24,000 nt of DNA from Wenzhouxiangella sp. 15190 (lineage in GTDB: Bacteria > Pseudomonadota > Gammaproteobacteria > Xanthomonadales > Wenzhouxiangellaceae): the NCBI RefSeq assembly GCF_003417465.1, contig NZ_QVMV01000020.1, positions 24,098 to 48,097 of the forward strand. The letters run 5' to 3'. The notes beneath the pieces are model-generated. The model was not told the origin of the DNA. It saw nothing but the letters and a program-made list of their open reading frames with translations, and made no database searches. Position numbers and translations under genes: made by a program. Positions 8,494-16,560 of the stretch are shown here, in pieces (the stretch's first letter is position 1; each line of letters begins with the position of its first letter).

Positions 8494-9020
8494 GCGCCAC
8501 TGCATCCGATTGGGCAAGTCTGCCCGCAGAGCTGCAGGGATGAGGGAATCGAGAGCGAATGAAGTTGGAGCACGACGCCTGGCGGGCCTTGCGGATCGAC
8601 ATTCGTAGCCGAAGGTGGAGATTCATTCGCACCGAGCACCCAAGATGGAGTACATCACGGAACAAGACATGGGCCTTGTCGAAAGACTGCGAATCTCCGA
8701 CCAGCTCGCAAGCCAGATCGTCCAGCATGGTCAACTACACGCGGAGCCGCGCGTTCTCAGCCGTGTTTTGGACAGCGACGGATCAACCGTGCACTCCGTG
8801 CTCAAGAACTGGATTTTCGCTCTCATCGAGGCCGAGCCGGAGCGGTTTCAGAACCTGGAGGAAGCGGAGCGGTTTGCTACACGCGCCCTGACAGAGAGCA
8901 TGCTCGAGGCTTTTCCAGGCGCCTGCGAACTGTAAGTCTGCATGCGTGGGTGCTCAGAATTACCCGCTCTTGGCCCGGCGTCCGTCACTCTCCCGCCTTG
9001 GTTGCCCCGAAGGAAAGGTC
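8494..9020 (+). repeat. Copy A of a roughly 0.5 kb diverged direct repeat (module containing a 96-aa ORF)
   Basis: By hand alignment it matches 16033-16560. The match covers about 150 bp of conserved leader, the ORF, and about 85 bp downstream. The right-hand end of the homology is approximate. Confidence 0.7.
8645..8935 (+). CDS. Conserved hypothetical 96-aa protein (paralog A)
   Basis: 77 of 96 residues are identical to the product of 16185-16475 by my hand alignment. Differences are mostly conservative, and both proteins end in EAFPGACEL. I chose the start at the ATG conserved in both copies. Confidence 0.6.
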   Translation: MEYITEQDMGLVERLRISDQLASQIVQHGQLHAEPRVLSRVLDSDGSTVHSVLKNWIFALIEAEPERFQNLEEAERFATRALTESMLEAFPGACEL

Positions 9021-9284
9021 CGTGGCATATTGCCTACTAGAAACGGCTGGAGCGCGCCAACACGTAGGCGCACTCCCCGAAGTAGGAGGTTTCAGGACTA
9101 TATGAACTATCCGCGCATAGCAACATGCCCGAAAATCTAGAAATCGCGTCAACTAATAGACTAGTGATCAGGAGACCAAAAACTAGAGATTTAGGGAGCG
9201 GAATCAAAGTTTCTCTCACTAAAATCCATTTCTCAATCCAAGTTTTCAGATAGAACCCGATCGACCAGTAGGGGGATCTTGCCG

Positions 9285-9989
9285 ATGAATTTGAATGATG
9301 CGCGTAAAAGTATCTCTGAGCATGTAAAAGACCTGATTGACCAGTGCCCTCATTGCGGCGCGAAGTCTCATATCGAGGCCCAGTGGAATGAATGCCATAA
9401 GTACCGCAACGGCGATGCCGAGTTTTACGTGATATTCAGATGTCGGCCATGTAGAAAATTGATATTAAAGACACTCTACTTTGAGCAAAATCGGTATAGC
9501 CAACAAGAAAATCTAACGATGAGAGGGTGGAAAGACACTTTCCCCATGATTTTAGACGAGCATCTAGGTCCTGATGAAAAAGAGCATGTCCCTACTGAGG
9601 TGCTGGAGGACTATGAGGAGGCGTTGCGCTGCAAGTCCGTTGGCGCGGATAAAGCAAGTTGTGCAATGTTCCGGCGTGCGCTTCAGTCAGCTCTAGTCCT
9701 ATTAGGCGCAAAAGCGAAAGAAAACCTAATTAGCCAGATTGATTCGCTTTATAGCTTGCCGGCGGATATCAGGGACTGGTCGCACCAAATACGAATATTT
9801 GGCAATTGGGGAGCCCACCCTGATCAGGATCAATTGAAGAACGTAGATCGAGATGATGTCCTAGAAGTTCACGACTTTTTCTCCAAATTTTTAGTTTACA
9901 CATTCATCATGCCTGCAAAGGTGCGAGCATCGAGGGAACGTCGCGAAGCAAGAACACAACCTGAAAATGATTCAGGCAGTGAAGCGTAG
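9285..9989 (+). CDS. Zn-ribbon + DUF4145-like domain protein
   Basis: Two CxxC pairs are present (CPHC from 9345, CRPC from 9441). The C-terminal half matches the DUF4145 pattern as I remember it (YEEALRC...ASCAMFRRALQSAL...IRDWSHQIRIFGNWGAHPD). ATG 9285 has a GGGGGA SD-like run 8 nt upstream. Confidence 0.75.
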   Translation: MNLNDARKSISEHVKDLIDQCPHCGAKSHIEAQWNECHKYRNGDAEFYVIFRCRPCRKLILKTLYFEQNRYSQQENLTMRGWKDTFPMILDEHLGPDEKEHVPTEVLEDYEEALRCKSVGADKASCAMFRRALQSALVLLGAKAKENLISQIDSLYSLPADIRDWSHQIRIFGNWGAHPDQDQLKNVDRDDVLEVHDFFSKFLVYTFIMPAKVRASRERREARTQPENDSGSEA

Positions 9990-10095
9990 AAACTGATTCG
10001 CGCTTTAACAACAGCGCTATCTCCGACCGACATTCCATGTGGCGCTCCACGGCCGCGTTTATGTTACTCACTAGGGCTCGCAATTCAAAATATGG

Positions 10096-10113
10096 CACAT
10101 ATTAAGATATGTG
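10096..10113. promoter_or_regulatory. Operator-like inverted repeat in an AT-rich putative promoter
   Basis: CACATAT (10096-10102) TAAG ATATGTG (10107-10113). It is embedded in TTCAAAATATGGCACATATTAAGATATGTG, just upstream of the small ORF/ATPase pair. Confidence 0.3.
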
Positions 10114-10138
10114 TATCTACAACGATGGTTCGATTGTT

Positions 10139-10351
10139 ATGCCAGAAACAAATGAACAGCTGATCGAGAAGACAATTTCGCTTCTAGAAGGTGATGACAA
10201 GACAGATTCCTCATTACTAAAGGTGCTGTCCGCACACATTGTAAGGCTCAACCCCAAAAGCACTGCGGTGAGCGACGCCGTGCGGGAAATTGAAGAGATT
10301 GCCGAGAAGAGATCTGAGGAGCCTGAAGATGGCCATGCCGATCACGATTGA
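10139..10351 (+). CDS. Small, strongly acidic hypothetical protein (about 70 aa)
   Basis: ORF 10109-10351, with an internal ATG at 10139 (MPETNEQ...). Its 3' end overlaps the ATPase start and contains the ATPase SD. The start is uncertain. Confidence 0.4.
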   Translation: MPETNEQLIEKTISLLEGDDKTDSSLLKVLSAHIVRLNPKSTAVSDAVREIEEIAEKRSEEPEDGHADHD

Positions 10352-12830
10352 GGCCCTCAGGCTTGAAGGCTTCCGAGCATACCTTCAGCCGCAAACCATA
10401 ACTCTTTGCCGCGGAAAGGCATCGCTCAGCCTTGCTGTGTTCGCACCAAATGCCAAAGGCAAGTCAAGCCTAGTGGACGCCTTCGAGTACTATTTTTCTG
10501 AAGACGCGACGCTGGCCCGACTAGGTAGGCGTCAAGCACAGACTCATGCAGGCCCCCTTGCGATGGAGCATGTCCATGCGGAGAAATACGGGGTCACACC
10601 GGGTGTCCATCTCTGGTTCAAGCAAGGTGGTGACAAGTTCGACGAAGCTCGGCATGTTTCTAAATCCGTAAAAACAGCTCCTCCCTTACCGGATTCAGCC
10701 AAGCGCGTTCTATCTAATACAAAGCTTCCTTTCATTATTCGGGGATACGAGCTACGAGGATTCGTTGAAAAGTATACGCCGGAAGACCGGTACAAAGATG
10801 TTGCCTCCTGGTTTGCGCTTGATCCGCTTTTACGCATTCAGAAGAATCTTCGCGCCCTGCGGCGGGACGTTAAAAAGATAGCCGAGTCGAAGACGGAGGA
10901 AAATGAACGACTCCGGGATCTAAAACAGATCACAAATAATGCTATCACTGCCTGGGATGAGGCCAAAATCTGCAGTTGGTTTAATACTTTGCTTGCCCAC
11001 TTAGATGAAGGCCTGTCGCTGGCCGAGCTTTCTGAGGCAGATACCGGTTACCAGGAACTGGTCAACCGAAAAGCCGCCGAGGATGAACGGCTTGGGCTTG
11101 GCGTGCTCAAGCAGCTGTCCGCTCGCATTGAAGGGCTCTTCTTGGCTCCGGTAAAAGAAGGGGAAAAACCAAAAGGTAATATTTTCGCCTTTGAAAGCGC
11201 CGTCTCAGGTTACACGACCGCTGTCGCGCGCGAATCCGAGGAACGATCTAAGGCGAGCCAGGCAGTCTTTAATGAATTGTGGGTGTCTGCTAAGAAAGTA
11301 TTCGAAAACGAGGAAACCAACTTTCAGAGCTGTCCTGTCTGTGACACGGCACTCACGTCTAGCCCCCACGGCTCACGAGAGAAAATCCTTTCCGGCCTGG
11401 AAGCCAAGCTTGCTGACTTGGGCGCGTACCGTGCCGCTGAAATGGATCTGCAAAAGGCTACCAAGGTCCTCCAAGATGCTTTGCGCGACGTAAAAGTCAA
11501 ACTTGAAAGTGCGATTTCTAGCTTGAAGGATGCGGGCTATGAGGGCAAAGCGAAACGGATCGCTGCCTATCTAGATAAACTTAAGTCCTGGAAGGTTGGA
11601 GACAAAGCGCCACCCTCTGAGAAGGTGGTGACGGAACTGACTGTTTTGCTTACGTCAGTTTCCCGGGAACAAGAGCGTATCAAGAAGCGACAAGGGGAAC
11701 ACACATACGCCAGCACCCTCAAGGTCGCCGACGAGCTCATTCGAATCAAATCCCACCTGGAGAGGATTCAGCGGGTCAAGGCCGAGCTAGAGACACTTCA
11801 GCTGAATCTCAGCAGGCAAGCCCTGGTCATTAACAAAGCGATCGTTGAGCACGTCCAAGACCTCATCGGAACGCTCCAGAGGAGTGTGGATGACCTTTAC
11901 AAGGACATTCAGGGCGGTGGTGGGAACGCACCGCCCATCCGTTTCGAGCTTCCGGGAGAAGATGATCTCAATCAGCAACGCATTCAACTTCTCATCGACT
12001 TCTCAGAGAACCGGAAGGGTGTGGTCCCGAGCGGCTATCTTAGCGATTCCCAGATCCATACACTGGCATTGGCGTTACGTTTGTCCGCTATTCGCATGTT
12101 CAACGATGGGGCCCGCATTATCGTTCTCGACGATGTGGTGACGTCGTATGATGCAGATCACCGCAAGAACATTGCGGCGGTCTTGGCAAAGCACTTTAAT
12201 GACTTCCAAATTATTCTCGCCACTCACGATGAACAGTTTTTTAACCTTCTACAGGACCACCTTTCCACGGCAAAATGGTTGTTCCGCAGAATCACAAAGG
12301 TCGAACCCAACTTTGGCCCCCAATTTCACGACCACCGGACATCGGATGAAGCCATTCAGGCCAAGTTTGATGCAAATGAAAGTGCCGCAAGCCTTATGCG
12401 GCAGGCTGAAGAGGAGTGGTTGCTCGACATTTGCAGGGGCTTCGGCGTGAAGGTCGTCATTCGACCCGTCCATCGGCCTTACCAGTTTGAGCGTGGCGAA
12501 ATGGCAGCTGCCCTCGCCAGCTTCTTGAAGGGCGTCGGCATCCTTCCGCCAGAAGTCCCTGGTATGTCCAATACTTTTATCAGTAGTCTTCAAAAAGGTG
12601 TAGTTGAAAATTTCGCCAGTCATTTCTCCGACAATCCCTACAAGAATGCGTCAATCGGCGATGAAATGGCGAGGTGGGAGGAGTTTCAGTATTTCCGCGA
12701 CCAGTTTGCCTGTCCCTCCTGTGGCAAGCGCCGGTTCAAGAGGCCACCGAGTCTTAGTAAGCCGGTGTGTACCAAGTGCGAAACGCCCTTTGCGTTCACG
12801 CAATCCCAAAAGGCCGAGAGAAGTGGGTAA
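10329..12830 (+). CDS. Rad50/SbcC/SMC-like ABC ATPase with a central zinc hook and a C-terminal Zn-ribbon extension
   Basis: GAGGAG lies 7 nt before ATG 10329. The N-terminus, IEALRLEGFRAY, is typical of SMC-type heads. Motifs: Walker A APNAKGKS (aa 39-46), long helical/charged middle region, CPVC (aa 335-338, nt 11331-11342), signature-like LSDSQ (aa 571-575), Walker B IIVLDD (aa 597-602), LATHD (H633), and CPSC...CTKC (nt 12711-12779). Confidence 0.85.
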   Translation: MAMPITIEALRLEGFRAYLQPQTITLCRGKASLSLAVFAPNAKGKSSLVDAFEYYFSEDATLARLGRRQAQTHAGPLAMEHVHAEKYGVTPGVHLWFKQGGDKFDEARHVSKSVKTAPPLPDSAKRVLSNTKLPFIIRGYELRGFVEKYTPEDRYKDVASWFALDPLLRIQKNLRALRRDVKKIAESKTEENERLRDLKQITNNAITAWDEAKICSWFNTLLAHLDEGLSLAELSEADTGYQELVNRKAAEDERLGLGVLKQLSARIEGLFLAPVKEGEKPKGNIFAFESAVSGYTTAVARESEERSKASQAVFNELWVSAKKVFENEETNFQSCPVCDTALTSSPHGSREKILSGLEAKLADLGAYRAAEMDLQKATKVLQDALRDVKVKLESAISSLKDAGYEGKAKRIAAYLDKLKSWKVGDKAPPSEKVVTELTVLLTSVSREQERIKKRQGEHTYASTLKVADELIRIKSHLERIQRVKAELETLQLNLSRQALVINKAIVEHVQDLIGTLQRSVDDLYKDIQGGGGNAPPIRFELPGEDDLNQQRIQLLIDFSENRKGVVPSGYLSDSQIHTLALALRLSAIRMFNDGARIIVLDDVVTSYDADHRKNIAAVLAKHFNDFQIILATHDEQFFNLLQDHLSTAKWLFRRITKVEPNFGPQFHDHRTSDEAIQAKFDANESAASLMRQAEEEWLLDICRGFGVKVVIRPVHRPYQFERGEMAAALASFLKGVGILPPEVPGMSNTFISSLQKGVVENFASHFSDNPYKNASIGDEMARWEEFQYFRDQFACPSCGKRRFKRPPSLSKPVCTKCETPFAFTQSQKAERSG

Positions 12831-13071
12831 TGAAAGGATCAATACACTATGTAAGCGGTAATTGCCCTAACGAGGCGCTCCACTGGGTTCTGCCCCGACA
12901 GCACGGTGGCTTTCGGTAAGACCTTTTCCTCTGCCACTGGCGCGGGCTTAGATCGCACCTGAATGGAAGAAAAAGTCTTAACAAGAGTGTCCGCCAGGTC
13001 GGGGTGGAACCCGTCTCGGGACCTTGATCTAAGTCTCTCGACTTGTTTAGAGTTAGGGGAGCGGTTCCGGG

Positions 13072-13491
13072 ATGAGAGAAATGCCTTCGACGCCACGGAG
13101 TAATAAGCAGCGCTTCTATGGGCTCGTTACGAGCAAGGGAAAGAAGAAGGCTGTTTCGGGTACGAAATCAGAGCAACTACTGCTCGCGGGTGCAAGAATG
13201 CGAGTATTCCACTCGGAGAAAGATCTGTATGAGTGGCTAAGAAAACCGTTGATTCTCCCCGAGACAACGCACTCGTCGCCAGACTGGAAGACCTGCCCAA
13301 CCTGCGGAGTGCATGTTAAAAAGGTTAACTATAAGAAGCACCAACAGCGCGTCCATAAGAATGCGGAGAAGGACCGGAGTCAAGCGAAGCGTGATCCGTA
13401 TGGCCCGGAATACGATGACCCTCCTGATTTTCTAGACCTGCCAAATGTCGTTTCCGGGGGCGGCTTCGGCGTTGGCAAAAAGAAGAAATAG
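13072..13491 (+). CDS. Small basic protein with a C2H2-like zinc-finger motif
   Basis: CPTCGVHVKKVNYKKHQQRVH (Cx2Cx11Hx4H). It has lysine-rich termini. The start codon is uncertain. Confidence 0.45.
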   Translation: MREMPSTPRSNKQRFYGLVTSKGKKKAVSGTKSEQLLLAGARMRVFHSEKDLYEWLRKPLILPETTHSSPDWKTCPTCGVHVKKVNYKKHQQRVHKNAEKDRSQAKRDPYGPEYDDPPDFLDLPNVVSGGGFGVGKKKK

Positions 13492-13513
13492 AGAGAGAGG
13501 CCGGCCAAAACGG

Positions 13514-13540
13514 GGGCTATCTTATAGCCCGCGCTTTTCT
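13514..13540 (+). terminator. Possible rho-independent terminator
   Basis: GGGCTAT (13514-13520) CTT ATAGCCC (13524-13530), followed by GCGCTTTTCT. Confidence 0.4.
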
Positions 13541-13676
13541 CCACTAGTCAGCGGGGCGCTAGCTAGGGCGATTGCAGCGATTTGATTTATAGAGTAGGGT
13601 CCACGATGGATAGGCGATACCTAGTCCGTCTTGCCCATTGCGGCTTAGGAAAGTCCTATCCGGACTGGAGGGGTTT

Positions 13677-14474
13677 ATGAAGTTATTTCTTGCTTTACTT
13701 GTCTTTGTTCTTGCTGCATGCGCCGGGTCGCCCGAGATTCAAGATTCGTTTCCAAGCTATAGCGGAGAGGTGCTCCCTATGCGGACAGAAATTGATCCTA
13801 CTCTATCTCCAAATTCACGATTAGTGAAGACGGGCGGAAAGTTTCAGATGAGAGAGGGTGGCCACTTCGAGACCCTGGAGTGGGAGGTGGAGTATAGAGA
13901 GACGCTGGAGCGTGGCCTTGACGGAAATATTTCTGCTACGGCAGATATTCTCACATACCTGATAAATGGCCAAGGCTTTGAATCGAATGAATCGATTATA
14001 TCGACCGCATGGGACGCGTCGGAGGATGGTGTCCCCTCTAATGTGCAGTTGGACATTACTGAGCTGCCGAACGAATATCGCCAGCAGTGGTTTATTGAAG
14101 CATTCACTGAAGAAGCGAGAGGCTTGGCGCGGACCTTGGAGCTACCTAATGGATCCGTAAAAACTGGTTCTACGTGGGTGCCACCAGATTTTTCGATTCC
14201 GGATGAAATCAAAGAATTGCAAGATTTTGAGATTGAAAGCGAAGTGAAAGGGTGGAGCTTCGTGAACGGTGAAAGAGTCATTGTGGTGGAAACCTTTTTA
14301 GATGCACCTCCCGGGTCGGCAAACCATAATCTCTCCACTATGGGGCGGGGGTATACGCTTTATGATCCAATTTCCTTTGTGCCTGTAGAGTCCCGTTTTT
14401 CGGCAATTATGAATTTTACAAGGAATGGCGAACGTGTTACGGCGAGGGCGGATCAATATCGTACGTCGAGGTAG
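13677..14474 (+). CDS. Putative lipoprotein
   Basis: A GGAGG SD lies 5 nt before ATG 13677. The signal peptide is MKLFLALLVFVLAAC with a lipobox L-A-A-C. No other motif was recognised. Confidence 0.7.
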   Translation: MKLFLALLVFVLAACAGSPEIQDSFPSYSGEVLPMRTEIDPTLSPNSRLVKTGGKFQMREGGHFETLEWEVEYRETLERGLDGNISATADILTYLINGQGFESNESIISTAWDASEDGVPSNVQLDITELPNEYRQQWFIEAFTEEARGLARTLELPNGSVKTGSTWVPPDFSIPDEIKELQDFEIESEVKGWSFVNGERVIVVETFLDAPPGSANHNLSTMGRGYTLYDPISFVPVESRFSAIMNFTRNGERVTARADQYRTSR

Positions 14475-14674
14475 AAGAAAAAAACGATGGGAAGTCACAA
14501 TGTTGTTCGTTTCCTGAGCTCCAGAGTGTCTAGAGGATGCTGGGCGATTCAGACTGAATCGACCCGGATTTCGTAGGCACCTCGGGTAGGCTGGTGCCTC
14601 GCCAGCAAAGCTAAGCCAGGGCTCGAGATAATAGGTTTAGTCGTCCTAGGTGAGTCCAGGTGATTTGTTTCGAC

Positions 14675-15616
14675 CTAGTACTCGTTAGGAAAAAGAAGTG
14701 GCCTTAGCTTTTCCGATCTACTTGGATGCCGTAACTTTCTAAGCGCCTTCATCATTGCCTCTTCGTCAAACGCATCATCGAGATCGTTCACATCGAAAAA
14801 ATATTGAATAAGAGGAGTGCGAAACTCCGCCTCAAGTGAAGATAGAACCTCCGCAACAGTGGATTTCATTTTCGCTTTTAAGTCACTCGAGGAATCCTTT
14901 GTGTAGTGAGGCTCGGTGTCTGTTCTACCAAAAACAGCATCGAGTAGACGCACGCAGCCCGGGGCATGAAGCCGCGAAAGTGTGTTCAGAATATCTGAGG
15001 TCGAGCCCTCTGACTCTCCGGGGGCCTCTTGTGGGATGTTGAGTTCGCCTGACGTACCGCCGTCGTTAGATGCATCTATCGGTCGAACCTGATCTTCTGC
15101 TGATAATTGCGCTAGCATTTCACTGTAGAAGGATGGGTCACCAAGAAGGGAATTGTCATCGGGGGACAGCAACTGTTCGCCTAGCTCGTGGACACGGACT
15201 ATCGCTCCAACCAACAAGAGGTCGCGTGTGCGTGTGGGGTTGTTGTTGGGATGGTGCTGATGGCTATTTCGATATTCCAGAAGCAGCGAGCAAAGGGAGC
15301 ACATTTCGCCCCATGCTGCAGCCGATTGGGGATCAACAGCCCTAAGTTGTCTCAAGTGTTGACGTGGTCGGAGTTGGAGAGGTCTGTCTCCAGGTGCAAG
15401 AAATCGTGCGATCGTAAAGCGATTGAGGCTCACGCCCAGATCGCCTTCCGGGGATCTATCAAGCTCCGACAGCATAAATACGAAATCATCGACGTCTTCG
15501 CCAGTCTCGTGTTCGATGAGTGAATTGAGGAACAAGCGAAACAAGCGGTCGACGACCGATGAGAGGTGCTCACGGCTAGCTTGCCCAAAGACTAAGTCGG
15601 CAAAGTTATTCTTCAT
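14675..15616 (-). CDS. Hypothetical protein with a HEPN-type RNxxxH motif
   Basis: I place the start at ATG 15616 (GGAGAG SD about 7 nt upstream) rather than at TTG 15640. R116-N-S-H-Q-H121 (nt 15254-15271) follows a hydrophobic helix-like segment, CSLCSLLLEY. Confidence 0.6.
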   Translation of the reverse strand: MKNNFADLVFGQASREHLSSVVDRLFRLFLNSLIEHETGEDVDDFVFMLSELDRSPEGDLGVSLNRFTIARFLAPGDRPLQLRPRQHLRQLRAVDPQSAAAWGEMCSLCSLLLEYRNSHQHHPNNNPTRTRDLLLVGAIVRVHELGEQLLSPDDNSLLGDPSFYSEMLAQLSAEDQVRPIDASNDGGTSGELNIPQEAPGESEGSTSDILNTLSRLHAPGCVRLLDAVFGRTDTEPHYTKDSSSDLKAKMKSTVAEVLSSLEAEFRTPLIQYFFDVNDLDDAFDEEAMMKALRKLRHPSRSEKLRPLLFPNEY

Positions 15617-16032
15617 AAATGCTCTCTCCGCAGGCCGCAATTCGCGGCTGCCATGTTAATCGATGAAGCGACCATTGCCAACTTTCCCAAAGCCAGCGCC
15701 GTCGAGGTAAGGTCAAGTGCTCGACTGACCCCCCGCTCGCTTAGCGCAACGCGCTCTGCGGGAAAATCTAGGATCCTAAGTCAATACACATCTAAGAGTC
15801 ACAACTTTTTTCTGCCTTGCACACTGGCCCTTTGTATGATGACGCCTACGGCAATTGATCACTCCCAACCTTTTGGCACATTTCCCCGAATAGCTCCCAC
15901 TGCGTTACCGGCTCTGAACGGGGCACAGCCCACTGCTCCCTGATCTGAATTCCGCCACGCACCTGCACCCCCTAGAGCGCCTGTCTCGCCCGCCGCTTAC
16001 CATGGAGAAAGATCCAGGGAGCCGCCCTTTGA

Positions 16033-16560
16033 GCGCCGCTGCATCCGGTTGGGCCATTGCGAAAACAAACATTGAAGGGATGAGGGGCTCAAGAGCAACT
16101 GAAGTTGGATCACGGCGCGTGGTGAGCCTTGTATATCCACAATCGTGGCCGATGGTGAAGATTAATCAACACCGAGAAACCAAGATGGACCACGTCACGG
16201 AACAAGTCATCGGTCTTGTCGATAGACTGCGAATCTCCGATCAGCTCGCAAGCCAGATCGTCCAGCAGGGCCAACTACACGCGGAGCCTCGTGTCCTGAG
16301 AGGTGTCCTGAACAGCGACGGATCAACCGTGCACGCAGTACTCAGGAACTGGATTTTCGGTCTCATCGAGACCCAGCCGGAGCTGTTTCAGAACCTGGAA
16401 GAAGCGGAGTGCTTTGTCACACGCGCCTTGACAGAAAGGATGCTTGAAGCTTTTCCAGGAGCCTGCGAACTGTAGGTCTGTAAGCGTGGGTGATCAGAAT
16501 CACCCACCTTTGGCGTGGCTTCTGTCGCTTTTCCACTGACTCCAAGTTCCAAAGGAGATA
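16033..16560 (+). repeat. Copy B of the roughly 0.5 kb diverged direct repeat
   Basis: It aligns with 8494-9020. The ATG offset from the repeat start is 152 nt here and 151 nt in copy A. Confidence 0.7.
16185..16475 (+). CDS. Conserved hypothetical 96-aa protein (paralog B)
   Basis: About 80% amino-acid identity to the 8645-8935 product. It is followed by a hairpin, GGGTGAT (16488-16494) / ATCACCC (16499-16505). Confidence 0.6.
   Translation: MDHVTEQVIGLVDRLRISDQLASQIVQQGQLHAEPRVLRGVLNSDGSTVHAVLRNWIFGLIETQPELFQNLEEAECFVTRALTERMLEAFPGACEL

Noticed and set aside
8615-8644. Upstream extensions of the 96-aa paralogs proposed by the ORF track (8615 start, and 16002 start for copy B)
   Set aside because: The extensions are not conserved at the protein level between the two copies, although the DNA leader is. 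The first ATG shared by both copies is at 8645 / 16185.
12839-13096. An 85-aa minus-strand ORF filling the gap between the ATPase gene and the zinc-finger gene
   Set aside because: It has no SD, overlaps the start of the 13072 gene, and has a basic low-complexity composition. I cannot exclude a small gene, but there is no positive evidence.
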